Origin: an uncultured delta proteobacterium
GTDB taxonomy: Bacteria; Myxococcota_A; Polyangia; Haliangiales; Haliangiaceae
Assembly (NCBI GenBank): GCA_963848295.1
Contig: CAWKDB010000010.1
Coordinates: forward strand, 800,001 to 864,000
DNA: 64,000 nucleotides
Direction of reading: 5' to 3'
Each line of letters starts with the position of its first letter. Position 1 is the stretch's first letter. Below the pieces are notes generated by a model, which saw only the letters and a program-made list of their open reading frames with translations, had not been told where the DNA came from and searched no databases. The position numbers and the translations under genes are program-made. Below are positions 39,199-48,412 of the stretch, in pieces.

Positions 39199-40476
39199 AT
39201 GCGTCCTCGGCTCCGCGCCGTGGTTACTCGGGTCGGCTCGCTGCTTCGCAGGGTCGCGCGCCGGCTCGCGATCGTGCCGCTTCGGCTGCGCGGCATCGCG
39301 TTGCTCGGCGCGGGAGCGATCGTGACGTTCTGGATCGGCCGGAGCGAGGCCGACTACGTGTTGTACCCGGCCGGGATCACGGCGATGGCGCTCGTCGCCG
39401 TGTGCGCGGTGTGCGTCACCGCCGGGGCGATTCGCGTCCGGATCGCGCTGCGCGGGCTCCAGGCGAAGATGCCACCGGAGCTCGAGACCCGCGCGGCGAT
39501 GCACACCGGCTTCCAGTTCCCGCGGCTCGCGCTGTGGCCGATGGTCGACATCTCGCTCGCGTGGGACGCGCCCGCGAACATCGACGTCACGCTCGAGCCG
39601 GCCCGCGGCAAATGGCAAGAGGTCATCACCGCGCGCGGTCGCGGCCGCTACACCCAGGTCGTCCGCCGGTTCACGATCGAGGACATCCTCGGGCTCACGG
39701 CGATCAGCTTTTCGATGACGTGGAACGAGCCGCTGCGGATCGCGCCGCAGAGCGCCGCGTCGGGCGCCGAGCTCGCGCTCGCCTACGGCCAAGGCGATGC
39801 GTTCTCGCACCCGTCGGGCCGGCTCGAAGGCGACCTCGTCGAGATGCGGCAATACGGCCACGGCGATCCGATGCGCCACATCTTGTGGAAGACGTTCGCG
39901 CGATCGCGTCGCCTGCTCGTGCGCATGCCCGAGCGCGCCGTCGCGCCGCGGCCGACGACGGTCGCGTTCTTGATCGCCGGCCCGGGTGACGAGCCGACGT
40001 GCGCGACCGCGCGGCTCTACCTCGAGCGCGACGTGTTCGGCCGCGACGTCGAGTTCTGGGCCGACGGCGCGACGACGCCAGCGCGCAACGCGCCCGCCGC
40101 GATCGAGCAGATCATCGATTCGGCCGCCGCCGCGACGGACAGCGGCGCGGTGCTCGAGACTCAAGCCGCGCAAGCCGATCGCGCTCGGCTCGGCGCCTGC
40201 GTCGTGTTCGCACCCGCGGTCGATGGCCCGTGGCGCGAGCGCGTCGTCGCGTTCTCGACCCAGCTACCCGCGCCGCCCACCGTGATCATCGGCGTCGACG
40301 GCGAGCCGCCGCCGAGCGTGCGGCGGTTGATCTACCGCGTCCTCATCGGCGATCGCCGCATCATCGATCCCGATTCGCGCGCGCTCGCCGGCGTGCCGAA
40401 GCTGCGGGCCGCGCTCGAAGAGAATGGGATGCGCGTCCACGTCATCCATCGCTCGTCGGGAGCGCAGCTGCCATGA
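39199..40476 (+). CDS. DUF58 domain protein
   Basis: N-terminal TM helices; RGRY, EDILGL, EMRQYGHGDPMRHILWKTFAR. Confidence 0.88.
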   Translation: MRPRLRAVVTRVGSLLRRVARRLAIVPLRLRGIALLGAGAIVTFWIGRSEADYVLYPAGITAMALVAVCAVCVTAGAIRVRIALRGLQAKMPPELETRAAMHTGFQFPRLALWPMVDISLAWDAPANIDVTLEPARGKWQEVITARGRGRYTQVVRRFTIEDILGLTAISFSMTWNEPLRIAPQSAASGAELALAYGQGDAFSHPSGRLEGDLVEMRQYGHGDPMRHILWKTFARSRRLLVRMPERAVAPRPTTVAFLIAGPGDEPTCATARLYLERDVFGRDVEFWADGATTPARNAPAAIEQIIDSAAAATDSGAVLETQAAQADRARLGACVVFAPAVDGPWRERVVAFSTQLPAPPTVIIGVDGEPPPSVRRLIYRVLIGDRRIIDPDSRALAGVPKLRAALEENGMRVHVIHRSSGAQLP

Positions 40477-42539
40477 CCAGCACCGTGCGCGAGTCGCTGA
40501 CGCTCGTGATCGTGAAGTCGCTCGTCGCGGCGGCCGGCGTGTGCCTGTTCGCCTATCCGCTCGCGACGCGCGCGGGCTTGATCGCGGGTGCTCTCGGCAC
40601 GGTCGCCGGCTACCTCGCGGCGCGCTACGCACACCTGCGCGGGGTGCGCGTCCCGGTCGGGCTCGCGATCGCCGGCCTGCTCGGGTTGATCGCCCGGTTC
40701 GGCGGTCAGTTGCTGCTCGACCATCCGCTCGGCGAGCTGGCGAACGGGCTGTCGATCGCGGACGCGGTGTTCTACGGCATCGGCGCGCTCGCGCTGTTCG
40801 TCGGCATTCGCACGTTGTCGCAACGCTGGCGCGGGTTCGCGGTGCTCGAGCTCGCGGTCGTCGTCGGTGCGGTCGCGCGGACGTTCGCGGCGCATCGTCA
40901 TCATCACATCACCGAGCCGCGGTTCCTCACCGACTGGGCGTGGTCGCACGGCATCGATCCTTCGCTCGTGCTGCAAGGCGCGGGCATCGCCGGCGTCGTC
41001 GTCGCATCGGTCCTGCTGCTCGATCTGCGGCGCGCGTCGAAGCTCGCGGTATCGCTGTTGTTCCTCGCGGTCGCCGGCATCGGCGCGTACTTCTTGCTCG
41101 AGAACGTCCGGATCGACAGCGAGCCCGATACGAACGGCATCGGCCTCGGCAAGAACAACAAGAACGACAAGGACAACAACAATAAGGACAAGTCGAAGGC
41201 CGGCGGCAAGCCTGATCCGGTCGCGGTCGTGGTGCTGCGCGACGAGCTGCCCGACGCCGACATCCTGTACTTCCGCCAGACCGCGCTGTCCACGTTCGCG
41301 GTCGACCGGCTCGAAGAGGACACGACCGGCAGGTACGACAAGGATCTGATTCGCTCGTTCCCCTCGACCGCGCCGATCAAGGTCGAGTCGCCGCAGGATC
41401 CGTTGCTGCATCGCGTGCTCCACACGTCGGTGTATCTGCTCGTCGATCACGCTCAGCCGTTCGGCTTGGGCCATCCGTTCGAGGTCCGCTCGCTCGATAA
41501 CCCGAGCCCGCGTCAGTTCGTCGCCGCGTACGACGTCGATTCGTACTTCCTCGATCAAGACATCGGCCGGTTCGCCGGGCGGACCGCTGGCTCGGCGAAG
41601 TGGACCGAGGACGAGCGCGCGCACTACCTCGCGATGCCGAGCGATCCGCGCTACCGCAAGCTGTCGAACGACATCGTGCGCGACATGGATCCGCGGTTCG
41701 TCGGCGACGATCTGATGAAGGCGCTCGCGCTCAAGCGCTATCTCGAGAAGAACGGGTTTTACTCGTTGTCGCAGAAGACGTTGGTCGGCAAGGATCCGAC
41801 CGCGAAGTTCCTGTTCGGCGACATGAAGGGCTATTGCGTGCACTTCGCGCATGCGATGGTGTTCCTGCTGCGCAGTCAAGGCATCCCGGCTCGGGTCGCG
41901 CTCGGCTATGCCGTTCAGACGCGCCAGCACGGCGCCGGCTCGTCGGTGTTGATCCTCGGCAACGACGCGCACGCGTGGCCCGAGCTCTACCTCGACGGCG
42001 TCGGCTGGGTGACGTTCGACGTCTACCCCGAGCACTCCGACGAGCCACCCGCGGCGCCGATCGACGGCGACCTCGAGAGCATGCTCGGCGAGCTCGCGCG
42101 CAAGGACAAGACCGGCGGCAAGGCCGGCGATCCGAACACGCGGCTCGTGATCCCGTGGCTCCTGATGCTCGGATCGCTCGCGAGCTTCGCCGGCGGCGCG
42201 CTGATCGCGGCGTATGCGATGAAGCTCGGGCGACGGATGCGGCGGTCGTCGCATCGCCTCGTCTACCGCGGCTTGCTCGACCGGCTGAGCGACCTCGGCC
42301 TCGGGCGCGAGACCGGCGAGACGCGCGAGAAACATGCGGCTCGCATCGCCGAGATCGCCCCGAGCTTCGTGCCGCTCACGAATTCGCACCTGCGGACCGC
42401 GCTCGGCAACCACGAAGAGCCGCTCCCGCGCGTGATCGAGCTCGCCGCCAAGACGCGGGGCGAGCTTCGCCACAACACGTCGTTGCTGCGGCGCCTGCGG
42501 GCCGCGATCCACCCGCTCGGGTGGTGGTTCACCCGGTAA
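40473..42539 (+). CDS. Membrane transglutaminase-like (TgpA-type) protein
   Basis: ATGA overlap; multi-TM N-terminus; catalytic triad GYCVHFA / AHAWPE / TFD; LLRSQGIPARVALGY. Confidence 0.88.
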   Translation: MTSTVRESLTLVIVKSLVAAAGVCLFAYPLATRAGLIAGALGTVAGYLAARYAHLRGVRVPVGLAIAGLLGLIARFGGQLLLDHPLGELANGLSIADAVFYGIGALALFVGIRTLSQRWRGFAVLELAVVVGAVARTFAAHRHHHITEPRFLTDWAWSHGIDPSLVLQGAGIAGVVVASVLLLDLRRASKLAVSLLFLAVAGIGAYFLLENVRIDSEPDTNGIGLGKNNKNDKDNNNKDKSKAGGKPDPVAVVVLRDELPDADILYFRQTALSTFAVDRLEEDTTGRYDKDLIRSFPSTAPIKVESPQDPLLHRVLHTSVYLLVDHAQPFGLGHPFEVRSLDNPSPRQFVAAYDVDSYFLDQDIGRFAGRTAGSAKWTEDERAHYLAMPSDPRYRKLSNDIVRDMDPRFVGDDLMKALALKRYLEKNGFYSLSQKTLVGKDPTAKFLFGDMKGYCVHFAHAMVFLLRSQGIPARVALGYAVQTRQHGAGSSVLILGNDAHAWPELYLDGVGWVTFDVYPEHSDEPPAAPIDGDLESMLGELARKDKTGGKAGDPNTRLVIPWLLMLGSLASFAGGALIAAYAMKLGRRMRRSSHRLVYRGLLDRLSDLGLGRETGETREKHAARIAEIAPSFVPLTNSHLRTALGNHEEPLPRVIELAAKTRGELRHNTSLLRRLRAAIHPLGWWFTR

Positions 42540-42560
42540 GCTACGCTTAGGAGAGTCAGC

Positions 42561-43577
42561 ATGGTCAGCGTTCCCGAATCCCACCTCACCCCAGTCGGCG
42601 CGGGCGTCCGCACGCTCGATGACGCGCGCGGTGTCGCCGAGAAGGTGCGCGCGTGGATGCGCGACGCCGTGATCGGTCGCGACGATGTGGTCGAGCTGAT
42701 CCTGGTCGCGATGTTTGCCGACGGTCACTGCTTGCTCGAGGACTACCCGGGCTCGGGCAAGACCACGCTCGCGAAGTCGCTCGGCCACGCGATCATCGAC
42801 GATCTGCCCGACGACGATATCCCGAGCTTTCGCCGCATCCAGTTCACGCCGGATCTCTTGCCGTCGGACGTCACCGGGGTGACGATCTTCGACACCGCGA
42901 CCAGCACGTTCCAGTTCCGCCGCGGCCCGGTGTTCGCGTACGTCGTCCTGGTCGACGAGATCAACCGGACCTCGCCGAAGGTGCAGTCCGCGCTGCTCGA
43001 GGCGATGGCCGAGAAGCAGGTCACGGTCGACAACGTGTCGTACCCGCTCAACGATGTGTTCTTCGTGATGGCGACGCAGAACCCACTCGACGCGATCGGC
43101 ACGTATCCGCTGCCGCTCGCCCAGCTCGATCGGTTCCTGTTCAAGCTCGTGATGAAGCACATCAACCGCGAGTCCGAGCTCGAGGTGCTGCGCCAATGGG
43201 GCAAGCCTCGCGTGCCGCGCGAGCTGCCGCGGGTCAATCGCGGCGACGTCGCGCTCGCACGCAACGTGCTGCGCGAGCAGGTCTCGGTCGCAACGGCGGT
43301 GCACGAATGTCTCGTCGACGTCGCGCAGATCCTGCGCGCCGACAAGCGGACGCGCCAGGGCGTGTCGACGCGCTGCCTCGTGCAAGCGATCCCCGCGCTG
43401 CAGACGCTCGCGATGTTGCGAGGCCGCGACTTCGTCTCGAGCGACGACGTCGAGTACCTCGCGACCCCGCTGTTCGCGCACCGCCTCGATCTCGCACCGG
43501 GGGCGCGCTCGGACCAGGTGATCAGCGATGCGCTCGGCAAGCCGCTCGAGCGCCTGTCGAAGGGCACGCTGAAATGA
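42561..43577 (+). CDS. MoxR family AAA+ ATPase
   Basis: RBS AGGAG; LLEDYPGSGKT, RIQFTPDLLPSDVTG, DEINRTSPKVQSALLEAM, ATQNP, GTYPLPLAQLDRF. Confidence 0.95.
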   Translation: MVSVPESHLTPVGAGVRTLDDARGVAEKVRAWMRDAVIGRDDVVELILVAMFADGHCLLEDYPGSGKTTLAKSLGHAIIDDLPDDDIPSFRRIQFTPDLLPSDVTGVTIFDTATSTFQFRRGPVFAYVVLVDEINRTSPKVQSALLEAMAEKQVTVDNVSYPLNDVFFVMATQNPLDAIGTYPLPLAQLDRFLFKLVMKHINRESELEVLRQWGKPRVPRELPRVNRGDVALARNVLREQVSVATAVHECLVDVAQILRADKRTRQGVSTRCLVQAIPALQTLAMLRGRDFVSSDDVEYLATPLFAHRLDLAPGARSDQVISDALGKPLERLSKGTLK

Positions 43578-43748
43578 GGGTCAGCGAGCGCAGCGAGCGG
43601 CGGCGGCGACATTGCATACGGCTTGCGCCGCAGGCCGAGCGCAGCGAGGTCCTGCGGTGAGGGTCAGCGAGCGCAGCGAGCGGCGGCGGCAGGGGCAGGG
43701 CGGGCTTGCGCCGCAGGCCGAGCGCAGCGAGGTACTGCGGTGAGGGTC
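43575..43748 (+). repeat. Two tandem 83-bp REP/MITE-like units, each an NTGA-coupled 28-codon mini-ORF
   Basis: TGAGGGTC at 43575, 43658, 43741; CGAGCGCAGCGAG twice per unit; hairpin CCGCAGG...CCTGCGG; 12-nt variable segment. Confidence 0.85.
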
Positions 43749-45653
43749 GGCGTCGCGGCGATCGTGATCGCCAGCTTGGCCGCGGCTTCGCTCGCGCATG
43801 CCGACGGCGCCGATCCGGTCACCGCGCATGCGACCGCCGCCGAGCTCGGCGTGCTCCAACACATCGACCGCGAGGAGTACATCAAGGCGCGCACCGACGC
43901 CGAGGCGATCCTCGATCACGATCCGAAGTCGTTCATCGCGAACTGGGCGATGGCGCGGATCCAGCACGACGAAGAGGGCAACCACGCGCGCGCTCTCTAC
44001 TACGTCCACATCGCGGAGGAGTCGCTGCACACCCAGTTTGGCGACGACCCGAGCTGGGACAAGAAGCTGCTGCTCGAAGAGTTCTGGATCAACCACGAGA
44101 TGGATCGGATGGCCGATGCGCTCGAGGTCCTCGATCGCTACGAGAGCCGCTACGGTAAGGGTCAGGCGTGGCTGCGGATCTGGCCGACGTTCAAGCTCGG
44201 CCGGATGGACGAGGCGCGTGCGATCGGCAAGAAGCTCACGACCTCCGACGATCCGAACGAGCGGCGCGAGGCGTACAACGGCCTGCTCTCGATCGAGTTC
44301 GAAGCCCACGACCGGAAGGCCGCGTACAAGTGGGCCGAGCTCGGGCTCGACGCGACGCAGGGCAAGAGCTGCACGCTCGTGCGCAACGCGGCGGGCACGG
44401 CGTACACGATGTTCCGGCTGCGCGAAGCCGAGGAGCTCGGCCTCAAGGCGCACGAAGCCGAGGAGCAAGACTGCGACGGCGCCGGCTACGATCAGCTCGC
44501 CGGGCTCTATCTGATCGAAGGCGAGTTCCAGAAGGCGATCGCCGCGCTCAAGTCGCTCAAAGAAGTCCCGATCCCGAAGCGCTATCGCCCGCACTACGCG
44601 CTCGAGCGCCGCGCGATCCTCGCCGACATCCTCTACACGCTCGGCAAGGTCGACGACGCCGAGCGGCTCGCGAGCGAGGTCTACGGCCTACCCGAGCGCA
44701 CCGGCATGACCTCGGGCAGCAAGCGCGCGGCCGACATCGTGCGCAGCATTCGCTACTGGATGGCGCTCGACGCGAAGTTGAACCGCCAGGCGGAGAAGGC
44801 CGCGTATGGGCCGCTGTTCACCGGCGTCTCGCTCGAGAACGTCCAGCTCGCGTTCGTGCGCTGGGCGCTGCGCCGCGAGATCATCCAGCTCGTCGACGAC
44901 GACACGCTGCTCGTCACGCTGATCCGGCCGAACCTCGGCGAGCTCTACGAGGATGCCTCGTGGCGGCGGATGCAGATGATCGACATCCTCGGCACCGGCG
45001 TCGTGCGCGACGCGGTCGCGGCGGCGCGCAAGGCCGACGAGGGCACGCCCGAGGCGACGCCGTACCTCGATCTGTTCGATGCCGAGATCTCGTATCGCGA
45101 GGGCAACCTCGCCGGCGCGCTGCATCAAGCGAGCGCCGCGCTCGACCACCTGCCGAAAGAAGAAGCGACGCTGCGTTGGCGCACGCTCGCGTGGGAGGCC
45201 GACGCTCGACGCCAGCTCGGCGACGCCGACGCTGCGGCTCAGCTCGATCACGAGGTGCTTCAGAAGTTCCCTTCGGTGCTGCGCATCCTCGACCTGTCGC
45301 TGCCGATCTCGACGAAGAGCGACGGCTCGGAGCTCGCCGACGATGCGGTGCGCCGGGTCGGCAAGTCGCCGCGGTTCACGACCGAGAGCAACGCGCCGTT
45401 CGTGGTGAGCGCTTCGACCCGCGCCGGCGTGGTCGAGCTGTGCCTGACCGACGCGAGCGGGTTTTCGTTCGCGTGCGCGAGCGGCGACAAGCACATGACC
45501 GGCGACGACGAGGTGATCTCCGCGCTCGATGCGTTCCACGACGCGGCGTTTTCGCCGAAGATCTCGCTCGATCAGAGCGACCTCAACAGCCTCGACGGCA
45601 GTCCGGTGCGCGCGAGCTCCGATCAGGTGCTGAAGGGCATCCTCGGACCATGA
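43740..45653 (+). CDS. Secreted TPR-like alpha-solenoid protein
   Basis: GTG start; signal peptide MRVGVAAIVIASLAAASLAHA; TPR-like helical repeats. Confidence 0.7.
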   Translation: MRVGVAAIVIASLAAASLAHADGADPVTAHATAAELGVLQHIDREEYIKARTDAEAILDHDPKSFIANWAMARIQHDEEGNHARALYYVHIAEESLHTQFGDDPSWDKKLLLEEFWINHEMDRMADALEVLDRYESRYGKGQAWLRIWPTFKLGRMDEARAIGKKLTTSDDPNERREAYNGLLSIEFEAHDRKAAYKWAELGLDATQGKSCTLVRNAAGTAYTMFRLREAEELGLKAHEAEEQDCDGAGYDQLAGLYLIEGEFQKAIAALKSLKEVPIPKRYRPHYALERRAILADILYTLGKVDDAERLASEVYGLPERTGMTSGSKRAADIVRSIRYWMALDAKLNRQAEKAAYGPLFTGVSLENVQLAFVRWALRREIIQLVDDDTLLVTLIRPNLGELYEDASWRRMQMIDILGTGVVRDAVAAARKADEGTPEATPYLDLFDAEISYREGNLAGALHQASAALDHLPKEEATLRWRTLAWEADARRQLGDADAAAQLDHEVLQKFPSVLRILDLSLPISTKSDGSELADDAVRRVGKSPRFTTESNAPFVVSASTRAGVVELCLTDASGFSFACASGDKHMTGDDEVISALDAFHDAAFSPKISLDQSDLNSLDGSPVRASSDQVLKGILGP

Positions 45654-47416
45654 GGCTCGGCTTCACGCTTGGTGTGTTGCTAGCGGTCACCTCGGTCGCG
45701 TCCGCAGATCCGGGCTCGGGCTCGGGCTCGGATGCCGTCAAGGCTCCCGATCCGAACGCGCCGAAGCCCAAGCTTCGCAACTGGCCGAGCGGCGCGACCG
45801 CCGAGCTCGCCGAGCAGACCAACGGCCAGAACGACGGTCTGTACGAGCGCTGGGCGCAGAACTGCCAGATCGTCGTGCGCGGCCACTTCAAGGCCGGCAA
45901 GCGCGATGGCGCGTGGATCGATTGGACGCCGAAGGGCCAGAAGCGCGACGAGGGGACCTACACCGCGAACCTCCGCAACGGGCCATGGACGCTGTACGGC
46001 CGCAACGGCGAGAAACAAATGCAGGGGCCGTTCGTCGACAATGTCGCCAACGGCAAGTTCACCGAGTGGTTCGCCGCCGGCGCGAAGTGGCGCGAGTTCG
46101 ACATGAAAGCCGGCGAGCGCGACACGCCGGAGGCGATCGCGTGTCGCGCGAAGGCCGGCGATTGGGTCGTCGACTACGAACAAGCCGAAGAGGGCTGCAC
46201 GATCGCCGGGTCACGCCAGGGCCCGTGGACCCGCTACTACCTCGGCGGCACGGTGCGCACGGTGACGCCGTATGTCGACAATCAGATCGAGGGCACGGTC
46301 CGCGACCTCCATCCGACCGGCGAGCTGTTGCATCAGGGGACGTATCACCACGGCGTGCCCGACGGCGTGCACACCTGGCAGGACGCGACCGGCCGACCGT
46401 ACGGCACGTCCACGATCACGAACGGCACCGGCGATTGGACGACGTACTTCCCCGACGGCAAGGTCTCCGCGAGCGGCCGGTTCGTGCAAGGCCGGATGAA
46501 GGGCGTGTGGACGACGTACTTCGACAACGGCGCGAAGCAAGAAGAAGCGACCTACGACGGCATGCCGAACGGTCCCTATCGCAAGTGGTACAAGACCGGC
46601 GAGCTCGGGGTCACCGGCCAGATGCGCGAGGGTGCGCGCGACGGGATGTGGGTCGCGTACTGGGCGAACGGCAACGTCGAGTGGTCCGGGCAATACGATC
46701 AGGACGCGCGCACCGGCATCTGGGTGATGTTCGCGTACACCGGCACGCTCCAGTCGATCGGCCAGATGGAGGCCGACACGGCGACCGGCGCGTGGATGTA
46801 CTTCCACGACAACGGCAAGCCCCAGGACATCGGCATCATGGTCGCCGACAAGCGGATCGGCTCGTGGCAGGAGTTCTGGGCCGACGGCACGCCGTGGCGC
46901 ACCGCGACCTACGAGGACGGGATCGAGGTCGGTCCCGCGTCGCAACAGTGCGCGACGATCGGTGGCACGTGGGTCGGCGATGCGACCAAGCGGATGCTCG
47001 GCTGCCAAGTGTGCCGCGCGAAGCCGGACGACTCGATCGACCAGATCCAGACCGGGACGTGGACATGGTGGCACGCGAACGGCGAGATCGAGAAGCAGGG
47101 TGCGCTCGACGACGGCAAGCAGATCGGCCACTGGGCGTTCTTCTACGACAACGGCAAGCCGATGCTGAGCGGCGACTACGCCGCGGGCGCCGAGCGCGGG
47201 CCATGGACCGGCGCGTACCGCAACGGCCAACGCCGGTTCGAAGGCAACTATGCCGACGGCAACCCGGTCGGCGAATGGACGAGCTGGCAAGATAACGGGG
47301 CGGTCCTGTCGCACGGGAGTTACGGCAGCGACGGCCAGAAGATCGGCACCTGGACCTACTACGACACCAACCCCGCGGGCGAACAGGTATCCTATAAGGA
47401 GGGGAAACCTCAGTAA
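45650..47416 (+). CDS. Secreted MORN-variant repeat protein (YwqK-like)
   Basis: ATGA overlap; signal peptide; many G.W..(Y/W)..NG.....G.Y repeats. Confidence 0.85.
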   Translation: MRLGFTLGVLLAVTSVASADPGSGSGSDAVKAPDPNAPKPKLRNWPSGATAELAEQTNGQNDGLYERWAQNCQIVVRGHFKAGKRDGAWIDWTPKGQKRDEGTYTANLRNGPWTLYGRNGEKQMQGPFVDNVANGKFTEWFAAGAKWREFDMKAGERDTPEAIACRAKAGDWVVDYEQAEEGCTIAGSRQGPWTRYYLGGTVRTVTPYVDNQIEGTVRDLHPTGELLHQGTYHHGVPDGVHTWQDATGRPYGTSTITNGTGDWTTYFPDGKVSASGRFVQGRMKGVWTTYFDNGAKQEEATYDGMPNGPYRKWYKTGELGVTGQMREGARDGMWVAYWANGNVEWSGQYDQDARTGIWVMFAYTGTLQSIGQMEADTATGAWMYFHDNGKPQDIGIMVADKRIGSWQEFWADGTPWRTATYEDGIEVGPASQQCATIGGTWVGDATKRMLGCQVCRAKPDDSIDQIQTGTWTWWHANGEIEKQGALDDGKQIGHWAFFYDNGKPMLSGDYAAGAERGPWTGAYRNGQRRFEGNYADGNPVGEWTSWQDNGAVLSHGSYGSDGQKIGTWTYYDTNPAGEQVSYKEGKPQ

Positions 47417-47449
47417 CTCGAGTCGCGGGTGAGACGTAGCACGATGGGC

Positions 47450-48412
47450 ATGAGCGACAAGATTCCGGACAGCGAGATCACTCCGCGCTCGGTCTACTTC
47501 AACCGCCGCACGTTCATGCGCGGCGGCATCGTCGCGGCGAGCGCAGCGGGCACGGCCCTGCTCTATCGCAAGCTCAACGGCGTCAACCTCTCGGTCGACG
47601 AGCGCCCGGCACTGCCCGATCTCGTTCCGGCGCCGCACGCGAACGGGTTCTGGACCGACGAAGCGATGACGCCGCGCGCCTCGATCCTCAATTACAACAA
47701 CTTCTACGAGTTCACCACGAACAAGGACGGGGTCGCGGCGGCGGCGAAGGACTTCAAGACCGACGGCTGGAAGATCGACGTCGGCGGGCTGTGCAACAAG
47801 CCGCACGTGTTCGACCTCGACGAGTTTCGCAAGATCGCGCCACCCGAGGAGCGGGTCTATCGCCATCGCTGCGTCGAGGCGTGGTCGATGGTCGTGCCGT
47901 GGGCCGGCATCCCGCTGTACAAGCTACTCGAGAAGGTCGAACCGACGAGCGCGGCGAAGTACGTCGCGTTCGAAACGCTACTCGATCCGAAGCGGATGCC
48001 GGGTCAGAACGGCGATGCCCTCGCGTGGCCGTACATCGAGGGCCTGCGGATCGACGAAGCGATGCACCCGCTCGCGCTGCTCGCAACGGGACTCTACGGC
48101 CAGGAGTTGCCGCCGCAGGACGGCGCGCCGGTCAAGCTCGTGCTGCCGTGGAAGTACGGGTTCAAGGGCATCAAGTCGATCGTCAAGGTCACGCTCGTCG
48201 CGACCCAGCCGCCGACGTCGTGGAATCGTTATGCACCGAAGGAGTACGGGTTCTACGGCAACGTCAACCCGCACCACGATCACCCGCGGTGGAGCCAGGC
48301 GACCGAGCAGCGGATCGGTGACATCGGCCGGCGCATGACGCTGATGTTCAACGGCTACGGCGACCAGGTCGCGAGTCTCTACACCGGGATGAACCTCGAT
48401 GTCGACTTCTAG
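47450..48412 (+). CDS. msrP: Periplasmic protein-methionine-sulfoxide reductase, catalytic molybdo-subunit
   Basis: SEITP, Tat motif NRRTF, YNNFYEF, HRCVEAWSMV, QDGAPVKLVLPWKYGFKGIKSI, HPRWSQATE. Confidence 0.95.
   Translation: MSDKIPDSEITPRSVYFNRRTFMRGGIVAASAAGTALLYRKLNGVNLSVDERPALPDLVPAPHANGFWTDEAMTPRASILNYNNFYEFTTNKDGVAAAAKDFKTDGWKIDVGGLCNKPHVFDLDEFRKIAPPEERVYRHRCVEAWSMVVPWAGIPLYKLLEKVEPTSAAKYVAFETLLDPKRMPGQNGDALAWPYIEGLRIDEAMHPLALLATGLYGQELPPQDGAPVKLVLPWKYGFKGIKSIVKVTLVATQPPTSWNRYAPKEYGFYGNVNPHHDHPRWSQATEQRIGDIGRRMTLMFNGYGDQVASLYTGMNLDVDF

Noticed and set aside
40332..43481. 1049-aa antisense ORF, and the many similar long shadow ORFs
   Set aside because: Arg/Ala-rich mirror of real genes, expected from stop-codon scarcity at high GC
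43575..43748. CRISPR array
   Set aside because: Constant part is ~71 bp, the variable part only 12 nt, there are two units and no cas genes; it fits a REP/MITE-like repeat
44168..45649. N-terminal extension of the MORN protein (likewise 4729-5316, 39999-40472, 26025-26555, 61778-62245)
   Set aside because: Overlaps real upstream genes in another frame; signal peptides or family N-termini define later starts
45650..47416. YwqK-type toxin-antitoxin module
   Set aside because: MORN repeats are generic; the protein is secreted and no toxin gene is adjacent
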